Positions 10,419 to 23,686 of a stretch of DNA of 64,000 bases are shown one piece after another (position 1 is the stretch's first letter; each line of letters starts with the position of its first letter). Below the pieces are notes generated by a model that had not been told where the DNA came from, did no database searches, and saw only the letters and a program-made list of their open reading frames with translations. The translations under genes and the position numbers were made by a program. The stretch comes from Octopus sinensis. Lineage: Eukaryota. The stretch lies in the NCBI RefSeq assembly GCF_006345805.1, contig NC_042999.1, positions 86,304,001 to 86,368,000 of the forward strand, in the 5' to 3' direction.

Positions 10419-12679
10419 TACTAACGCATTTTCTGTTGAATATTTGTCTATGATTTTAACCTTAGTCTTCTTGAAGTTTACAAAGACAATCTCGTTATTT
10501 TTCTTTTATGTTTCCAGGTCGAATCGTATGCTTTCTATTTTGAAAGTTGCTGCAATCTCGGGCAAAGCAATTCAAAATATGATTATGCAAAAGTATACCA
10601 TATAAAGTATCAATATACAAAGTCTAAGAAAATCTTCATCTATTTCTTCTTTTTTTTTATATTCGTCTGATACTAAAATAACATTTCACAATAAAAGTAT
10701 TTTTCTCCTTAAGCATTGTGTTCGTTAATTAAAAAAGAAGACGCTATATTCTACATCGTAATCCAATTTTCAAGCAAAACAATGTCATATCACATTTAAT
10801 TATATACAGCATAAATATTCTGTAGGTGTATGGAGAAAGAGATACATATAGATCAAAATATACTCATTCTAGATTCTGTCACTCTGTCCGTCGGCCTATC
10901 TCTCTTTCTCTTCCTCCTTCCCACTCTGTGTCTATCTCGTCCTTTTTTTCTGTCTGTATTCCTTGATTTCTTTCTGACATATCTCCTCCTCGCTCATCGT
11001 TTATAATAGTGTCAGTATATGTTATTATTTAACTTATTTTTGATATTACTATTAATGCCGAGATATGAGAAAGCTCCACAACTCATTTCTTAAGAAGCGT
11101 TCAAACTAATATATTTTTTATTCTTTAAATTTGAAGTTTTGTCATTGCTTAACGATTAAATAAAATATAGAATACAACCAGTGTAGAACAAGAATCATTA
11201 AAAACAAAAGCGCAAGAAATAACTATGAATTTTAAAAATTAAAATAGACGCGTGAAACAGAGAGATAGAAACAGACGGTAAGAGCTTTTAATATAAACGT
11301 TTTATGGTCGAAATTTAGAGTAATGTAGAAAAGTAATTTAGGCAAGAAATCAGGGGTCTTTCATCTTTTTATGATTAATAAAGTAATTAGCAGTCATGTC
11401 TTAGTTTGGTAACATAAATGCTAGTTTATCTCTGTACATGTACCCCCGTAGCCAGTGGAGTTTCGAGAGGCTGGGATAAAGTCATCTGCAACTATATATA
11501 AATATAATTATGTAACATTTTATCTTCGTGTATTCGTTTGACGGCTAATGTTGGATATATCGTAATAAATGAGAACCTTGGTCGAAATCTTGGTTATATC
11601 CATTCATGCATGGCATTGTGATGATCAATCAAGAAAGAAAAGCATCATTCAATACATATACATGCATACGTATACACATATAAATTAAGTTTTATCCGCA
11701 TATCGATTCTATTAATACCCTATATAATGCCAATGAATGCTTTTTTATAAAGTTTTCCCAGGGTATTTGTTTTTATCAACCCTCCAAATTTTATCTGACG
11801 TTATAGAGAACTGGAAAAATATTGTTGCTAGAAATGTGAAAAGACTAACTGAAAATTATGTATTCCGCAACACAATCCTGCTAATAACGATTAACTAGCC
11901 GATATGAATACCTTCTTTAAGAGCTATTCTATCCGAAGGTTTTGCGTAATTAAAAAAACAAAAAACATCAATGCAGATGAAACTTTATGCATAAACGATA
12001 AGATATAACATATCTATAGAATCGATATACGGACAGAATTTACACTCTCCCAGGCACAACTTGTACAAATATGAGTGTAGCGGAAGGGGGAAAGTCATGT
12101 CTGTTGCTGGCTTGTTGATGCTTAGCAAGTCCGATTCGGCACATACAAGCAAGAACAAGGAGGCTGCATGAGAAGATAGGCTGGCCAATGTTCGTCGTAA
12201 TATCCTTGTTTTACCTCTTTTTTTCTCTTATCTGTAAGGATGGTCTTCTAAGGAGGCTGTTGCTCGGAAGACACACGTGTGTGTGCGCGCACACACACAC
12301 ACACACACACACATAAATATCGACAAAGAGACTGAATGCTCAACATCGCATTGGTGGATAAAATTTTATTTGTGCATTTGTGGTTTCATGTTAAGAAATT
12401 ATCTTAATGTCTGAACAATGTTTTCAAGCTGGTCGCATGGAGGAATGGTGTTCGTCTCCATTTTGGATGAAAACATCATTCTTCCATGTAATCGAATTGA
12501 AAATTCTATGATATTGAGATATTTTCTTAAAATAGAAATAATGATAGCCTTAATATACAATAAGCCGCAATGAAAAGCATCAACTACGGCCAAATTGTAA
12601 TAGTAGAAATGCTTATGATATAGCTAACACAGTAACAACATCGGAAAATGAATCAGAACTGCCATATATACAAATAAAT

Positions 12680-13050
12680 ATGATAAATGCTCATGCAGAG
12701 AAAAATCAAAATGCCCATTGATGAACCTCTGTATGAGTACAAATTTTGTATATAAATGTACCGTGCACACAAAGGGAGCACTGTATGTTTACAGTGGGCA
12801 GACATTGATTCATTTAAGAATCGTTATCGCAACCATGTCGCCAGCTTCAAGAGAATCAATAAGAGACATTCAACATCTTTGACCGATTTTGTACGGCGAT
12901 TGAAGGAAGGTAAAATTAAGTTCAACATAACTTGGTCCATAGTAAGGCACGTAAAACAATACAATATCATTTCCAGGAGATGCTGACTCTGCTCCGAGAA
13001 ATCTGTCTATCTTGTGGACCAATGAGAAGATCATTAATAGAATTTCTGAA
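12680..13050 (+). mobile_element. Penelope-like element, GIY-YIG endonuclease relic
   Basis: KCSCREKSKCPLMNLC..VYKCTV, then FKNRYRNHVASFKR..HSTSLTDFVRRLKEGKIKFNITWSIV..YNIISRRC*LC (ORF track 12756..12986). This is the typical PLE endonuclease pattern. Confidence 0.8.
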
Positions 13051-13507
13051 AGACTCTCAAGATGACTACACGCATTTAGAGGTACTTTCGAACAATGCAG
13101 AGGGAATGAATTTGAGTAACTGTTAATGTAATTTACTTTAAGGTATGGATGAATTAAGTTTAGCTTTAACCTCCCCATTTCTATAAACACCAAGTAGCTA
13201 TTTAACTCACTTTGTGATCATGAGTGCATCAAACCACGCGTGTGCGTATGCTTACATTTTCGCGGTGCTTGTATGAGCGAGTGTGTATGCATCATGCAAA
13301 TTGCGCGAGGGCATTTATCCACCCATATCTGTTAACGGTCATTTAAAATATTTTTCTCGCTGTATTGCATGTTAATTTCTTTTTTGCACCTGCGATTTTA
13401 TTTTTGATCTATACAAATGAAGATATTTCCTTCGTTTAGCTGCTTTTTTTCCTACATAATGAGAAGATACATTGCGGAACTGTTATTTTTACGAGTTGTA
13501 TCGATTT

Positions 13508-13613
13508 ATCACCCGATGAAACATATCTGCACTGCCGGAAGCTCCTGGACCACTTGTTAAGTGTCCCACACGTGAGGGATCGATGCTAGATGCGTCGAAA
13601 CAATTGTCGTGAT
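13508..13613 (+). ncRNA. Degenerate type I hammerhead ribozyme motif
   Basis: ATCAC-CCGATGA-(~77-nt stem II region)-GAAA-CAATTG-TC-GTGAT. Stem I (5 bp) and the palindromic stem III are intact; the core has U to C. Lies downstream of the PLE relic. Confidence 0.5.
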
Positions 13614-13659
13614 TAAGAATTAAAATTCTCGTACATTCTATTTTCCAGCTTTCATTTAC

Positions 13660-13769
<110 letters not shown>

Positions 13770-14179
13770 TGTGTACATGAATAATATTGGTATATTGTAC
13801 GAAGTAGTCAATGTTAGCGTTATTTCAAACCATATTGGCAAGTATACAACAATGCTTGGAAATAGTCGTGATGCAATTGTTGCAAGAGTAGCTTCACCCT
13901 GATAAATCTTATGACCCAATTCGTTTTTTTGGGAAAACTCCTGATCATAAACTGTACAATTTTGCATTATAACTTTTGAACATTTATATATACAGAATAT
14001 ATATATACACATTCGATGAATGAAGAATATAATGCTTAACATTTTTGCGGGGTGTGCGACAAAACTGTTGCGCCTCCCTTATCCTGTCCCTGGTGATTAT
14101 CAACTGAATAAAGTGTAAAACCACATCAGATAGCCACAGGAACAACCACTAGACGCTCTGCTGCCATTTAGAAAGCCTT

Positions 14180-14250
14180 CGCTATGGTGATGACCTGACA
14201 GTCCTCGCCTCATTCAGTTTCCGACCTTCTTCAACTTATGTTAAATGATT
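14180..14250 (+). mobile_element. Short LINE RT relic (LRYGDDLTVLA)
   Basis: YxDD-type motif followed, after a frameshift, by DLLQLMLND. Confidence 0.4.
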
Positions 14251-14810
14251 TCTAATCTATCTAATCTATCTATCTATCTATTGACAGTCACGATGCTGTA
14301 AGAGAGAAAAAATCTCTTCATGGACACGTTGTCTTACAAACAATATATATCGGGGCCAGATGAATATCATTCCAACAGCAACTCTTGGGAATGCCGGGTG
14401 TGTTTCGGCTTCTTTGAGCGTTATCAATGCCATGTCACATGCCTAGTCACATGCCTCAGATCTCTCCTCTCTGATATACAGGAAATACATAATAATATAT
14501 GGACTAAATATAAACTTATTGAACATCGACCCTATCAACAGTGTATATACGTTAAGTATGATACATAGATGGCTATTTCAATTTAATGCCATTTCAGTTG
14601 TGTACTGCGAGTTTTATTCAGCCCTGTCACTTTCCACAACATCAGAGAGTGTATTATTCAGTTTCCTTTAAATCAGAAGAAACAGATGTCGTCTAGGTTT
14701 GTGACCAGCAAATACACGTCGTTGGCCAGCTCAAGGAAGCCGAAATGCGCTTGGCAATTTTATGGGTCACTGTTGGGGCAATTTCCGTGTAATTTCGAAA
14801 CATATGGTGG

Positions 14811-14994
14811 TTCTTATTTCTTTATTGCCTACAAGGGGCTAAACAAAGAGGGGACAAACAAGGACAGACAAAGGGATTAAGTCGATTACATCGATTACCT
14901 CAGTGCGTAATTGATACTTAATTTATCGACCCCGAAAGGATGAACGGCAAAGTCGACTTCAGCGGAATTTGAACTCAGAACGTAAAGACAGATA
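14811..14994 (-). mobile_element. 5'-truncated tRNA SINE with tail type B (Tx1-like element tail)
   Basis: Minus strand ends TGTCCCCTCTTTGTTTAGCCCCTTGTAGGCAATAAAGAAATAAGAA, matching the 3' end of the ORF1-only element. Confidence 0.85.
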
Positions 14995-15300
14995 TGGGGT
15001 TCTGCGAACGATATCAGTACCAAAGTGTGTTGAATTGTTTGTCAAATTAACTTGGGTTTCGAATTAATGTTTTTTTTTTTTTTCATCTATATCAGTTACT
15101 CAGCATTTTTCGATACAATGTACAGAGAATAACGCGTTAGAAATGATACAGTATATCACCAAATTTGAAAAGTCTTATTATACACGGGAAAACAAAAACA
15201 ATATTGAAACTGTTTTAAGACAGACAAGCACGAATGGCACGCGTGCATTGTACTTAATCCCACAGCAATTCGAATTATATCCCATCAAAAATATCCCACG

Positions 15301-15625
15301 GGTAGGCGTGAGAGTGAAGTATGAAGTTAGCTTCCTAACCACATAGTTTCGGGTTCAGTCCCACTTCGTGGCTCCACGTTCAAATGTTTTCTACTACAAC
15401 CACGGGCTGACCAAAGCCATGTGTCTTTGTCATTCTTCCCGGCATCTACCACTGCTTGACAGTCGGTGTTTGTTTACGGATCCATAACTTAGCGGTTCGG
15501 CAAAATGATTCAATACAATAATTACCAGACTTTAAAAAGATTCGTTTAACTAAACGCTTCAAAGCAGTGCTCAAGCATGACTGCAGTACAAAACTGGAAA
15601 AGTGTCAAAAATAAAAGGTAAAAAG
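15301..15625 (+). mobile_element. CORE-type SINE, degenerate
   Basis: GGGTTCAGTCCCACT B box; TAACTTAGCGGTTCGGCAAAA body; CAGCATG-like tail (CAAGCATGACTGCAG). Confidence 0.7.
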
Positions 15626-16949
15626 ATTTTAAAAATATTGCGACTAGCTTCGAAAACTTGAGCACACCTGCAAAGAATACGCGGCACATGGAGCGTACCG
15701 AAACTCAGTGGTTGAAAACTTCTGTACTATCTGCTGTTCAGATAGTACTAGAGTCTTATCAAATTTTTCATGTATGATTTTTAATTATAGAGCACCAATG
15801 GGATATGGTAATGCATCGGATATAAAAAAAAATACACTGAGGTTAAGACAGAATTTGTTAAAGAAGCCTCAAAATGAGATGCTAGTGAGAAAGAAACGAC
15901 AATATCAATGATCCTAGTGTGTGGTAAAAAGAAATGTTTCGGATAGTTTCTCGGTATATATTTAACGGGCATATACTTGAAGATGGTAGCTTTGGAGATA
16001 TAGAAAATGTGCTAAAGATATTAAATTACTGGCGCGACTTGGGAATATGTACTGGAAGACGTTAGTCTCATGTGTTCACTGCACTATCATTGCAATCTGG
16101 TTGAAGAAGAAAAGGAATTTGGGATAGATGATGTATAGTATGCTACTCTTTCAATGCTTCACTGCAAATAAAATGAGATTAGCCTTATGCTCCAGGGATT
16201 AAGGAAGTAGGAAATATATGCCTGTCTTTTACTATGTCAAACTAATGCAAATTTTACAGCCAGCATATGTGTATGTATAGGTGTGCGTACTCACGCGCAC
16301 ACAGGCACACACACACACTCGCACACTCACACACAAATACAAAAATGTATACATATACTCGCATACATACATTATTTATACATATACTTACACACACACA
16401 CACACAAACTCACGCATATATATCGTATGGAAAGGGAATTTATTATTGGTGACATTCATGCCTTTCCCATGAGTATTTATGATATAAGAAAGTAAAATGG
16501 CTTGAAATGGTAATAACTGAGTCATCGACTCGGAATGTAGGGACATACTAAGGATCTCAGCAATATAACAGGGTTAACTACCTACATACGTGTACACACA
16601 CACACACGCACACACACACACACGCATTTTACATACACATGTATACACATACACATAGACACACAAATATTTGGGATAAACAATTATATACTGAAGGTGC
16701 TGCTGCAGTCCAACTTGAAGGAGTAAATATCCCAACAGGCGCTGAAGTAGTTCTGTAGGTGTTTCAGCCCACCACTACACCGAGATCCAGGGCCACCTAC
16801 TGATATATGCGATGAAACTTCTGTACAACAGCTCAAAATTTGTTGTCAGATATTTCTGTAAAAGTCGATGCTTGAATTTATTCGAAGGGTATTCTTTATT
16901 ATATTAGTCGCACCAGGTGTTGTCCCCAAATCTCTCTCTCAAGTCAGAT

Positions 16950-18080
16950 ATGGTGGTTAGCTTTCTTCACAGCTGAAAATTTCATCGAAATGTATTTTCA
17001 TTGCATTGTAGCTAGTACAAGACTCCTGATAAGCGAGTGGACGCTTGTTTCAAGAAATCCAATTTTCAAAGAAAGGGTTGTTGCTTTCCGTCTATTTTCG
17101 CATAAACCAGACAACTCACTGAATCTTCTGTCTTCCCTACCAAATGTATCATTGATGTTTATCTTCTAGCTCTGTTATTTTTACAATGTGACTAGGAAAT
17201 GTCTTTCGGTTAGGAAAAAATGAGTGATATTTACCGCCAAGTTTTATTGCCACCTCCCTTGTACCCTTCCATTTTGGATTGTGCTTCTTTTTCAGAGGGA
17301 CTGGGCTTTGCAGCATCTACCAGCCGAGCAAAATTTTATCGACTAACTTTCTACTTTCTCAATTTTCGCTATGTAAATTATTTTTATTCTTTCTTCATCA
17401 GCCACTTCTCTAAGCATTATATTATACCGCCATGTGTATCTGTATTGCAGGAGAGTAGGCAACAAGGGATTATGCAGTTCATTTTTTTCAGCTTTCCCGC
17501 TTCTGCACAAACCATGCTTTATTTTCTAACGATTTAGGTTTGCCGACCCAAAGATTGATTCAGGCCATCTTTCCATCATAATTTTCATCATAACTCTTCT
17601 TGAGTCATACACGCTCTCCGTTGACTACATTACATTCAATCCATATTAATATTATTCGCACCTTCCCTATCCCTTTTCTATTCCTTGCTCATAATGTGAT
17701 ATAGTCTAATCTTAGAATTTCCGAGACCTTCTCTATCGGTTCGTGTAGGTTCCTCTATGTCACCATATTCTGCAAATACAACAAAATTCTCAGTCGCCTC
17801 AGATGCAATCAATTTTCTCCTACTATTAACCTCTGGTTGTCAGGAATGAATGACTTTGTAGAGACATTATCTAACCACTGCTCGAATACTGATGGAATAG
17901 ATAATTCCAGAGGGCCATTTTTATTGTACACATGTACAGGCCTATGGTAAATTTAACCAATGGTTATTGCAATCTTTGTGAGAGCAATGTTTTGTCATTA
18001 GTGAAGAGTTCATCCTCTGTCAATTCTGAATTTGATCCCTTCACATTTATTGTCAAATAACCTATAGTACGTCTCGCCTT
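16950..18080 (-). mobile_element. Highly degenerate L1/Tx1-like ORF2 relic (AP endonuclease and RT N-terminus)
   Basis: Minus-strand translation shows LTINVKG, VHVYN, LIVGEN and PTR..SKIRLYHI in APE motif order, then KLDFLKQA resembling LDFEKAFD. Many stops. Confidence 0.45.
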
Positions 18081-18143
18081 GCTCTTCACAGACACATGCA
18101 TACGGTAGATAAGATTTCTCTTGCAATATTCTACTTAATTTAA

Positions 18144-18345
18144 GGCGGCGAGCTGGCAGAAACGTTAGCACGCCGGGCGAAATGCTTAGCGGTATTTCGT
18201 CTGTCTTTACGTTTTGAATTCAAATTCTGCTGAGGTCGACTTTACCTTTCATCTTTTCGAGGTCGATAGATTAAGTACCAGTTGCGAACTGGAGTCAATC
18301 TAATCGACTGGCCCCCTCCCCCCAAATTTCTAACCTTATGCTTCC
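18144..18345 (+). mobile_element. Full-length tRNA SINE with unoccupied target site
   Basis: GGCGGCGAGCTGGCAGAAACGTTAGCACGCCGGGCGAAATGCTTAGCGGTATTTCGTCTG... with A and B boxes and tail type A. Confidence 0.9.
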
Positions 18346-18660
18346 CTTTTGGTAAAGGTTATACTCCGCGATTTATTTAGGTAACCCCCAAGAGCTTGAG
18401 TGAAATATATGTGTAAAAAGACTACGTCAGATATAAGGGCAGAAGATATTCTATCACCATTTTCGCGTACCGAAACATATACAGAAAGTAACAAAGTATG
18501 TGGCTATAGCATCTCCAAAGAGCATTTAAAAAAGTCTTTTAGTCTTCACTTCTTTTAGTCATTGAAACATGTGCTACGTTATGCGACGTAAAGAAACAAC
18601 AGTTGGCAAGCAATGCGAAGGAAAACACAGACACGCACACACAAACACTAACACATTGAT

Positions 18661-18828
18661 ACGACGGGCTTTCAAATAGTTTTAACTAACTAGATTTGCT
18701 CACAAGGCATCGGTCGGTTCGAACCATTAGGAGACGGCATATTACACGAAGCGCCACGTAGTGGAACTGAACCTGAAACCACATGATTGCAAAGCGAATT
18801 CCTTAACCACTCAGCTGAGTATGCGCCT
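18661..18828 (-). mobile_element. CORE-type SINE head fragment
   Basis: Reverse complement of GGCGCA..GTGGTTAAG..GGTTCAGTTCCACTACGTGGC. Confidence 0.65.
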
Positions 18829-19087
18829 ATGTCTAAAATTTCAAAGAATTACATCAAAAGTGACTGTTCTAAAATAAGAGAATCAAAGAGAAAGAAACAT
18901 GAATTAATAACATCACAGACAACCAATTCACTCGGAGACCGCACCCACAGGAAATTCAAAGTGGATACACATACAAAGACTTTTCTCTTTCTAAAGATTT
19001 TTACCGCGGAAATATAAATCTAAAGGTCTTGAATCTGTGATACATAGACACACATGCTACATCTCTCTACTTATAAATACAGACACA

Positions 19088-19132
<45 letters not shown>

Positions 19133-19159
19133 CACACACACACACACACATACTCACAG

Positions 19160-19271
19160 CGATTCTTTAACTTCTATCACTCATTGGATTGCGGACATGC
19201 ATGGGTATTGCTTTGAAGATTTTTCTTTTAGTCGATCAAACACGGCTTATTTTAGGTCTGGTACATATTGT

Positions 19272-19305
<34 letters not shown>

Positions 19306-19473
19306 GATGAGCTTCCGCCCAGTTTTCGTCTTTTAAATTTACGCACACCGGCATTGGTTGGATGGGTCTGTAGTTCTAAAAAGTTGCTCCAAGTGCTGCA
19401 CAGCGCACGGTTTTACTAAATCCTACACCACAGTTGCAAAGCGAACTTCTTAGACCACTGAACAATGCCTGTG

Positions 19474-19548
<75 letters not shown>

Positions 19549-19745
19549 GTGCTTTTATTCTTTTACTTGTTTCAGTCATTTAACTGCGGCCATGCTGGAG
19601 CACCGCCTTTAGTCAAACAAATCGACCCCAGTTCTTATTCCTAGTACTTATTCTGTCGGTCATTCTGCTGAACCGCTAACTTACGGGGACGTAAGCACAC
19701 CCACATAATTGTCAAGCAATGGAGGGGGAACAAACACAGACACAC
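19160..19745 (-). mobile_element. Two adjacent CORE-type SINE remnants separated by (TA)n (19480-19547)
   Basis: Tail TTTTACTTGTTTCAGTCATTTAACTGCGGCCATGCTGGAGCACCGCC at 19561-19610; degenerate head at 19320-19470. Confidence 0.6.
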
Positions 19746-20810
19746 ACAGTCACACTGGGCCATTGCGCCTCCACTTATATATTATATATATATATAATAT
19801 TAGGGAGTATAACTCCAAACTTACAGGGAAAAATTCAACTTGATATCAAATCAAATTTCACAATATAAATATATAATATATAAATTAGAGGAAAACCACT
19901 ATTATGCAATTCAAACAATGATACACATAAACCAAATAAATAAAAATAAAATATATTTTAAAGCATATAACTAGATCACAAAAGTACAAAAATGAATAAA
20001 CAATATATAATAAGAAAAAAAATATGTACGTTTCATGGCTATAGTTTAAATCCGAATTACAATAAAATTTAAATTTAATCGAAAAACAATTCAATTTGAA
20101 ATTATAGTCACTCTTCAAGTTAACAATAATAACAATAATAGTTAAATAAATAAGCAAATAGAATTATACAATATTTCTTAAAGAAATAAAATCATGATTT
20201 TTTCCTATAGAAGAAACTCTATTAACTGAATTTGAGACTTAAAACATTAGGACCAGTTGCCTACAATACATTTATCATGTTAAATATTTAAGGTAAAAAA
20301 ATAGAGTATATAGATACAAAAATGTATATATCTGTGAAGATATAATTTAGCTTTAATAAGAAACATTAATAAACTATAGAATATCATTAACCTAGTTATA
20401 CTCTAATATTTAATTACCAAACTATTTTACAAAACAATCACTCTTTACATTTTTAGATTTTAGCTCACATATAATAATTATAAAATAATAAAATTATATA
20501 AAAGTACGTATCTAAAATATAATCAACAAATATAGCAATTAGAAATTCATATTTTTTCAATCAATAAACATATAAATAAATAAATATATTCCATCAATAT
20601 ATAAATATATATATATAATGACAACAGTCTGCAATGTTTTACCAAAAAAGGAAAATTATAGTCTTCAGTAAATATGACGAGGGGTGTTAGAAACACCTAC
20701 ACTACTAGAGATAAGAGTTTAAATGCTCTAATACTGTAGCCAAAATACACGATTGCATGTATATACACTGACGGGGACTATAATCGCCTGCAAACATCGA
20801 CCGTAACTTT

Positions 20811-20859
20811 CTTGTACTGACCGGTCAGTTTCGATAATTTCTAATGCTTCATCAGTAAG
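20811..20859 (-). ncRNA. Degenerate hammerhead motif antisense to the downstream Penelope ORF (inverted pLTR)
   Basis: Minus strand: CTTA-CTGATGA-agcattagaaattatc-GAAA-CTGACCGGTCAG-TA-CAAG. Stem III is a perfect palindrome; stem II is decayed. Confidence 0.55.
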
Positions 20860-21029
20860 GACTGGTTCGATCACGGCAGCTTCCGAACTTAATTCAATCT
20901 CAAGCCAATCGCATGGAGAAAAGTGTTCAGCTACATCATGTCCATCGTTCAACATTTACGTATCAAAGCTTCCGACGTCAAGAAACACTGATTAAGCACT
21001 GAAACCTAATAGAGAATCAAAACAAACCG

Positions 21030-22625
21030 TGGAAAAACACGAATTAATGACATCAACGAAAAATATTCCTATTCCACCAAGGAAAGTATACATCAAGCAT
21101 CTTATCGCCAAAACAAAAATGATCTGAGGAGAATGAAATGGAAGGCCTATTTTTTCAATGAAGATGCGTGCAGCCCTCATACAGAGAAGAATTACGAGTT
21201 CACATCTTATAAAATCCCGCCACATATTAAAGACCTAAAAGAATTTGAAGACGATCTTATAAAGTTAGTTAGAATGTACAATTCAACCAAAAATCCAACA
21301 AGTTTCAACGCACATTACAGATATACATCGAACCTTTCAAACATCAACGAATAGGTTTATTAAAGCAGATAAATCAAAAATTATTTACGAAGTAAACAAC
21401 CAAACGCACAACAAACTACTAACCGACAACATAACTAAAACATACAAGGGAACAAACCCCACCACATATAAGTCAATTAATATAGAAGCAAAAATTCTTG
21501 CCACAAAGTTTAAAATAGAAGACAACGTAGAAAAGCTCATTCAATGAAATCCTTTTATAACTCTGAAAGGTCATAAAAGTAATTTCATGCAAAATCCTAG
21601 TTGTAGATTAAAAATTCCACAAAAAGAGAAATAGAAATTATTAGTAAATCGATATTAGATATTATACAACATATCAGTGTACACTCAAGTCTTACCCAAT
21701 GGATATGCAGTAGTGCAACTACTGAATGATTTAAGAAAATAGAAGATAAACACAAATGCAAATTCATATAATTCGATATTGTAGAGTTCTACCCCTGGAT
21801 CTCCAAAAGCTTGCTTCAGGAGGCACTTGAATTTAATAAAACATATGTCACGATATAAAATACTGATAGAAATATAGTCATGAACACAAGGGAGTCATTA
21901 CACTTTCATAGTAATTCCTACTGTTTCAAAAAATGGAGACAAGTTATTTGACATGGCAATGGGAGCTACGACGGTGCAGAGATAGCTGACTTTGTAGGCC
22001 TTTATATCCTAGATATCCTTAAATATGAAATAAAAAAGCTAACATAAGTTTATATATGGACGATTGCCTGGGAGTAGTTCATAACAAAAAATGGACATGA
22101 TATGGATAGAATATGGAAAAAAAATTTGCAAGATATTTAGCTAATTAGGCCTGAGAACCATAATTAGTACAAACCTTAAAGAAACCAGCTTCCTAGACAC
22201 TAACATGAGCCTTAACACATAAAATGTAAACCCTACCACAATCTTATGGTTCAAACCACCTTATAGCATGAATATAGCCACTAACACAGCTAGGAAATTC
22301 TTAAAACTAATGGACAACCACTTTCCACATTCACAGAAATACCACAAGATCTTCAACAGAAATACTGTTAAAGTTATACTTGCCTCCCCAATATAGGGCC
22401 AATAGTATTCAATCACAATAAACATAAACACATCAGAAACACCCCCGAAATACTATGTAACTGTAGATTCCCAAACCGCTGCCCTTTAAACAACAACTGT
22501 CTCAAGAAAAAACTCGTATACAAGGCCAAGATCACGGACCACAACGGAATAGCAAAGACATATATCGGAATGACGGGCAACTCTTCCAAGGAAAGGTATA
22601 CACAACATCTGGCGTCATTCACACT
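21030..22625 (+). mobile_element. Penelope-like element, degenerate RT plus GIY-YIG, with internal deletion
   Basis: STKNIPIPP, RRMKWKAYFF, KADKSK, PFITLKGHK, FDIVEFYP, MGSYDGAEIADFVGLYIL, YMDD, WFKPPYS..HFP..KIFNRNTVKV, CNCRFPNRCPLNNNC..VYKA..YIGMT..KERY..HLASF. Confidence 0.92.
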
Positions 22626-23686
22626 CTTACACTTACATATATATGTAAGTATGTCATTATTAAAATAATGAAGACGATATCTTCAACTATATTCATGAGA
22701 AAATGTCGCAGCATGCTCTATTAAATAGTAAAAGAATGATAAAAAAAGAACAAATATATTTAATGCATTCACATAGTTTTCTTTTTTTTATTCGGAAGCG
22801 TCACCATGTCATTTCATTAGAGTTTCCCGGTCGTAACCGATTCCTACGGAGTGTTACAGCCTAAGTCGCAATTCTGAAATCTGGCAAAATTTGCTTGTTT
22901 GCAAGTGTGTGTGTGCGTGCGCGCCCGCATGCGTGTGCGTATGTGTGCGTGTGCATGTGTGTGTATGTGTGTGTGTTCTTTTCCGGTTGGTAAATCAGAT
23001 AAATGAAACACTATACCATGTGCTATATATACAGGTATACCTCAATTTACGACGGAAATTGGTTTCTAAACAAGGGACTTAACCCGAAAAACGAGGTAAC
23101 AATGAAAAATACTTCATTAAGAAAAAAATTATTAGCATATATGTGTTTTAATAAATGTTTTGTACATATTTTCACGTGTATTTATTTGATAATTCCTTTT
23201 CAGTATTGGATTTTAAACGATCTGTCTAAAAAAAAAAAAACTATGCATTTATATATGTTCACTTTCATCGGCGTAAAGTGGAAAAAGACGTAACTCGAAA
23301 CAACGGTAGTTGAGGAGTACCTAAACACACACACACACTCCAAAAATTCTCCACGTGAGATTCTTATGTTAATTAGATGCACACACTTGGGTTCATGCAT
23401 CGACTATTCAACTAACATACGAACTGAACCACATATTTATAAACACCAGGAGCTCTCTTAACTCAACAAGTCGTATTGCATTGTTAACAAGCGGCTTGAA
23501 CTTTTTCAAGAACTAATGAAACTGAAAGAAAAATCATACACAGGCGCAGGCGTGGTTGTGTGGTAAAAAGCTTGCTTCCAACCACGTGGTTTTGGGTTCA
23601 GTCACTACAATAGCCTCGGGCCGATAAAAGCCTTGTGAGTGGATCTGATGGATGGAAACTGAAAGAAGCCCGTCGTATATATATAT

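Noticed and set aside
18144-18235. tRNA gene call for SINE heads
   Set aside because: A and B boxes are present but continue into a SINE body and tail; no convincing cloverleaf.
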